Assembly (NCBI RefSeq): GCF_006345805.1
Contig: NW_021825918.1
Location: 1 to 14,026, forward strand
Length of the DNA: 14,026 nucleotides
Reading direction: 5' to 3'
Source of the DNA: Octopus sinensis
Taxonomy: Eukaryota
Part shown: piece after piece, positions 9,847 through 14,026 of the stretch
Position numbering within the stretch: the stretch's first letter is position 1
Layout: each line of letters starts with the position of its first letter
Program-made: the position numbers and the translations under genes
The notes under the pieces: generated by a model
Told to the model about the DNA's origin: nothing
The model's input: the letters and a program-made list of their open reading frames with translations, nothing else
The model's database searches: none

Positions 9847-9918
9847 AGCCATGATAAAACTCCGAGTTTCGGATGCCGAGGTGGAAATCCACGCCGCCAT
9901 GTCTTCAGTTATCTGGCC
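9847..9918 (-). ncRNA. Type I hammerhead ribozyme motif (Penelope-associated, dimer-type stem III)
   Basis: Minus strand: ggcca-gataa (stem I) CUGAAGA [stem II 9901-9871 with gugg/ccac hairpin] GAAAC-UCG-GA-GU U^ uuauc-a-uggcu. Stem I has 5+5 bp; stem III is the near-palindrome ACUCGGAGU; the triplet is GUU. Defect: C10.1 opposite C instead of a G-C pair. Confidence 0.7.
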
Positions 9919-10080
9919 ATCGAAAAAATGCTCTAAACATTGGTTATGTGATATTATATTATATTATATTATATATATTATATATTATATTAAATATATT
10001 TAAAGGGAATAATTAATAAATTTTTCACGCTAACTACTTGATAAATTCTTATAAAGAATATATCCTCTTTTTAAATTATG

Positions 10081-10111
<31 letters not shown>

Positions 10112-10130
10112 ATCAAAAATGGCATAAAGA

Positions 10131-10233
10131 TGGACTTTATACAGCTGTTTCTGATATACATTTTGAGTGTGTTCATGATTCAGTGAAAATACAGAGAACA
10201 CAGCTGTTGGACTTCTATCTTCGTCAGAGTCCA
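10131..10233 (-). ncRNA. Degenerate hammerhead-like motif
   Basis: Minus strand: uggacu CUGACGA a-gaua ...~57 nt... uauc-a GAAACAGCUGUA uaa agucca. Stem III is palindromic (ACAGCUGU); a 3-nt insertion breaks stem I continuity. Confidence 0.4.
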
Positions 10234-10369
10234 ACACGTTAACTGCCAAAGTAAATGAAGATGGGAAAAAGGAGGAAAGAAAATTAAAGAAAAGAAAAGA
10301 AAGAATGGAGAGTGGGGAGTCTGGTCATTGTTGTATTCAAATGGAACTAGGTCACCTGTTCTTAGTCGT

Positions 10370-10560
10370 CAGCCTTAAGCTGTTGTTGTCTCTTATCATA
10401 GTTGAATAGCATTAACATCCGGCATTGAAAATTGATATCCAACAACTTCTCTTGTGGCCGGCTTTTGGCGAAATCCACAATGTTTTGAATGCTGATGGTG
10501 ATTACTACAATATTTTGGACGGTGTGGTGTGGAAATTACTTGGATATGCAAACCGAAATG
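10370..10560 (-). pseudogene. Possible Penelope GIY-YIG C-terminal remnant
   Basis: HTVQNIVVITISIQNIVDFAKSRPQEKLLDINF loosely fits the GIY-YIG tail pattern. Same strand as, and just upstream of, the hammerhead relic at 10131-10233. Weak. Confidence 0.25.
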
Positions 10561-10696
10561 CAGCTTAGGTATTTCTAATTAATTCAAATGGGAAATATTG
10601 AAATCTTTTTAATTAGGAGAATTCATATAATACAGGACATTTAGCAGTAATAGTTAGAGCTGGCTGTCAGAAATAAATTATAACATGTAAGACTAC

Positions 10697-10857
10697 GTGG
10701 AGGCGCGTGGCTTAGTGGTTAGAGTGTCAGCACCATGATCGTAAGATTGTGGTTTCGATTCCTGGACCGAGTGACATGTTGTGTTCTTGAGCAAAACACT
10801 TCATTTCACGTTGCTCCAGTCCATTCAGCTGGCAACAATGAGTAACGCTGCGTCCAG
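10697..10857 (+). mobile_element. tRNA-derived SINE head plus clipped V-like domain
   Basis: A box tggcttagtgg, B box ggtttcgattcc. Ends in aatgagtaacgctgcg-tccag, the start of the domain seen at ~9100-9140 with an internal deletion. Confidence 0.85.
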
Positions 10858-10877
10858 TAACGGGCTCGAAAGATTGA

Positions 10878-10921
10878 CCTAGTACTTATTCTATTGGTCT
10901 CTTTTGCCGAACCGCTAAGTT
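10878..10921 (-). mobile_element. 44-bp fragment of family A SINE
   Basis: cctagtacttattctattggtctcttttgccgaaccgctaagtt matches the reverse complement of ~12067-12112. Confidence 0.85.
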
Positions 10922-10922
10922 T

Positions 10923-11189
10923 GACCGTTATGTAAACCTCCTCGAGGAATGTGTAGACGCAGGCTGGAAAGCGGAGCATTTTCCAATCGAAGTCGGATGT
11001 AGAGGATTTGTTGGACACAGTGTGAGGCGATTGCCTTTGTCGTTAGGCCTGACTCATCATAAAGTAAATACCACAATGAATGATATCCAAACGACCGTGG
11101 AAAAGGCTAGCGACTGGATTTGGTTAAAAAGAGACAATGAGCGATGGCTAGAAGAGTATTGGGCTTTATTTGATAACCAGTTGATCTAG
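10923..11189 (+). pseudogene. C-terminal half of the restriction-like endonuclease of a HERO-like non-LTR retrotransposon (open frame, 88 aa, no start)
   Basis: DRYVNLLEECVDAGWKAEHFPIEVGCRGFVGHSVRRLPLSLGLT...VEKASDWIWLKRDNERW. The K..RY..L..EC...GW....P.EVGCRGF...A..AS.WIW.KR signature is typical of HERO-clade RLE ends. Confidence 0.85.
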
Positions 11190-11520
11190 CAAGCAGGGCC
11201 TCATATTAGTGAGGTGCGCAATGATGCCGTCGAGAGGTAGGCCCCGAAACGGCGCGCATTCTCTCTTGATGACCCCATACACTTGCTGGATTCCGGTATG
11301 GGAAGCTTTCGGGTGGTAGCACTTGCATGTGCAAGTTGTTTGCAAAACATGTACTTGTCATTGCTATGTAAGGTTCTTGAATATACACGCCCGTTTCAGT
11401 AGATGTTCGGTGCCTCCGAACATCTAATGAGATGAACACACCAAGCTATATGGAGTTCGGTCAAACTGTTGCTAAATACATGGCAGTCAAAACCAGTGGT
11501 GTTGAGTGGTTTTCTTTCAT
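11190..11520 (+). mobile_element. Structured 3' UTR of the HERO-like element (right boundary uncertain)
   Basis: GC-richer segment directly after the RLE stop, with several stem-loops and hammerhead core words; gives way to a (GATA)n/(CATA)n tract. Confidence 0.55.
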
Positions 11521-11535
11521 TTGTGTACTTATAGA

Positions 11536-11599
11536 CAGAAAGATAGATAGATAGATAGATACATACATACATACATGCATACATACATACATACATACA

Positions 11600-11630
<31 letters not shown>
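11536..11630. repeat. (GATA)n-(CATA)n microsatellite
   Basis: Read directly. Confidence 0.97.
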
Positions 11631-11802
11631 TTACTCACACATATACATAAATGTAATTCTTTTCCCAAATAATGTGCACTTCATACTCAAGGCTCCGATG
11701 AAGTAAAAGGTTGTTATTCAGGCACTCAGCTATGAGTCCACTGCCTCATACAGCACAAACAACTGTAAGCTAATGAAGTTCATAACAGCCATCGTTTTTC
11801 CT

Positions 11803-11962
11803 GTGGCTGTGTGGTAAGTAGCTTGCTTACCAACCACATGGTTTCGGGTTCAGTCCCACTGCGTGGCACCTTGAGCAAATGTCTTCTACTATAGTCCCGG
11901 GTCGACCAAAGCCTTGTGAGTGGATTTGATAGACGGAAACTGAAAGAAGACCGTCGTATATA

Positions 11963-11995
<33 letters not shown>

Positions 11996-12206
11996 TTGTG
12001 TTTGTCCACCGACCCACCCACCCCAACATCGCTTGACAACTGATGCTGGTGTGCTTACGTCTCCGTAACTTAGCGGTTCGGCAAAAAAAGAGACCGATAG
12101 AATAAGTACTAGGCTTACAAAAAATAAGTCCTGGGGTCGATTTGCTCGACTAAAGGCGGTACTCCAGCGTGGCCACAGTCAAATGACTGAAACAAGTAAA
12201 AGAGTA
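11803..12206 (+). mobile_element. Near full-length family A tRNA-derived SINE with internal (TA)/(TG)n tract
   Basis: A box tggctgtgtgg, B box gggttcagtccc, ccttgagcaaatgtctt post-tRNA motif, internal microsatellite ~11957-11995, tail gactgaaacaagtaaaagagta. Confidence 0.93.
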
Positions 12207-12388
12207 TATATATATAATATATTAATATATATAATATATATTATTAGAGAGAGAGAGAGAGAGAGAGAGAGATAAGAGAGGGGATGATGTGGGAGAGATA
12301 GATACATACATTCATAAGACATACATACATGTGTATGTGTGCATGTGTGTGAATGTGTGCTTGTGTTTGTTTAGATCTATAATCGATT

Positions 12389-12545
12389 TTAAAAAGTGCG
12401 ATGGACGATGATGTAGTCAGTTTCTTGTCTAAAAGTTTTCCGGGCGCCTCGTGCCTTCGAATCAGTGTAAAATAAATTATCTCTTACATGGAAAATCCCC
12501 GTAAAAATTATCGTCAGGAACGGAATCCGGCTAGAAAAGTCAATA
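12389..12545 (-). pseudogene. Possible APE-type LINE endonuclease fragment
   Basis: DNLFYTDSKARGARKTFRQETDYIIVHRTF resembles the APE xIDYIxV motif region. Short and weak. Confidence 0.25.
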
Positions 12546-12626
12546 CCTCTAACGTAAAAAAAAAAAAACGGAATACTCACGCACACACATACACACGCAC
12601 ACACACACACACACACACAACACACG

Positions 12627-12660
<34 letters not shown>

Positions 12661-12685
12661 CATATACATACATGATAGATCGTTA

Positions 12686-12853
12686 GTCACTACACACATT
12701 TTTTCTCTCCTTGTTTCTTTCTGTGTCCCTTTCTGTAGAAGAGCGTTGGCTCGAAACGTAAAAGACTTTTCTATTCCTGAGCGTCATACTAATACATCTG
12801 TTTGTTTTCTACACCACCTGTCTTCGTCTTTTGTTTTTTTCGTAAACTCTCCC
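12686..12853 (+). mobile_element. Short interspersed repeat with minimal hammerhead-like motif at 12725-12766
   Basis: gtcccttt-ctgtagaa-gagc(gttg)gctc-gaaac-gta-aaagac; homologous to 6920-7036 (minus). Confidence 0.7.
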
Positions 12854-12879
12854 TACATACATACGTACATATACATAAG

Positions 12880-13290
12880 TATAAAGAATTCCTTTATAAT
12901 GAACATTGGTAAGACATTACTATGGAAACTTCAACCGAATGTAAACATAACAGGGGCGATATTGTTGTTTAGGACAAACAAGATAGCGCACGTATAGTCA
13001 TAGAGGTCAGCTGCCCTACTGATATGAATATCTCTTTGAAAAATCAATGAATAAAAGGTTAACTATGGACGACTACTTCGAAACCTTCAGATTCTGTATG
13101 TTTATAGTTATACCAATGATAATTGTTGCATTTATTTTTTTTTTTTTTTTTCGCAAATACTTTAGTGATAATCTGAAAACAAAGGCTAAGGTTTTCAGAA
13201 AGAGAAACAAATGGTAAACAAGCACGTCATGAATTCAATCTATGAGCGCAACATAAAAAATAATTCGAGATATCTCTCAAATTCAACAAG
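12880..13290 (+). pseudogene. Second R4/Dong LINE fragment: RLE domain to C-terminus
   Basis: CKHNRGDIVV*DKQDSARIVIEVSCPTDMNISLK from 12940, then NYGRLLR, LQILY, FIVIPMIIVA. Homologous to 5440-5600 (shared gtcatagaggtcagctgcc). Confidence 0.85.
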
Positions 13291-13445
13291 TGACGTTGTT
13301 TTTATTAGCTTTGTTTACAACCAGCTATTCAGAGGAGGAATTCAAATAGAAGAGAACATTCATACATACATACATTACATGTACAGGTGTGTATATTTAT
13401 ATGATATATGTTATGTATATTAGATATATATATATTGTATATATG

Positions 13446-13532
<87 letters not shown>

Positions 13533-13536
13533 GTGT

Positions 13537-13834
13537 GTGGAGGGGCAATGGCCCAGTGGTTAGGGCAGCGGAATCGCGGTTTCGATTCCCAGACCGGGCG
13601 TTGTGTGTGTTTATTGAGCGGAAACACCTAAAAAGCTCAACGAGGCTCCGGCAGGGATGGTGGTGATCCCTGCTCTACTCTTTCACCACTCTTTCTCGCA
13701 CTCTTTCTTCTGTTGGCCTGCTCGCTTAGCCAGCGGGGTGGCGTCATTCGAAGGCTAAAACAATGCAAACGCATTGTGACCAGCGATGTGTAGCAGCATC
13801 TGATGGTCTGGTCGGTCACGGTGATCACGGTGAT
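13537..13834 (+). mobile_element. tRNA-derived SINE (head/body H, tail D)
   Basis: Colinear with 6214-6520. Has a 14-bp deletion between atcgcgg repeats in the head; tail is (cacggtgat)2; embedded in (TA)n. Confidence 0.95.
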
Positions 13835-14026
13835 ATATATATATATATACGTATATATATACATATATATATATACATATATATATACATATATATACAT
13901 ATACATATATATACATATATATACATATACATATATATACATATATATATATATATATAATAATAATAAATATAAGAGAATGGTCACTATGTGGCTCATT
14001 CTAGCACTAGCAAATCCAAAGGTTTC

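Noticed and set aside
10340-10380. Further CUGANGA words (minus 10367-10373, minus ~12512-12518)
   Set aside because: No properly placed GAAA, stem III or stem I.

Overview
AT-rich, repeat-saturated eukaryotic non-coding DNA. The SINE repertoire and (TA)n/(CATA)n/(GATA)n load look like cephalopod (octopus-type) intergenic or intronic DNA; that assignment is from pattern recognition, not a search. I find no intact protein-coding gene. Most ORF-track entries are microsatellite or SINE read-through, and a few are LINE remnants. Content: a decayed R4/Dong-type LINE (RT plus restriction-like endonuclease, ~3440-5600) with a 4 x 184 bp SINE tandem array inside it and a TSD-flanked SINE right after it; a second R4/Dong endonuclease fragment; the 3' end of a HERO-like RLE retrotransposon; decayed Penelope-like pieces; at least five tRNA-SINE types built from shared modules; and a palindromic Crypton-like element. 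The recurring unexplained signal is hammerhead-ribozyme core words (CUGANGA, GAAAC, GUH). They occur in one near-canonical type I fold (9847-9918, minus), several minimal or degenerate Penelope-type copies, and, most unusually, in a scrambled, pseudoknot-requiring order in the HERO-like 3' UTR (11215-11272).
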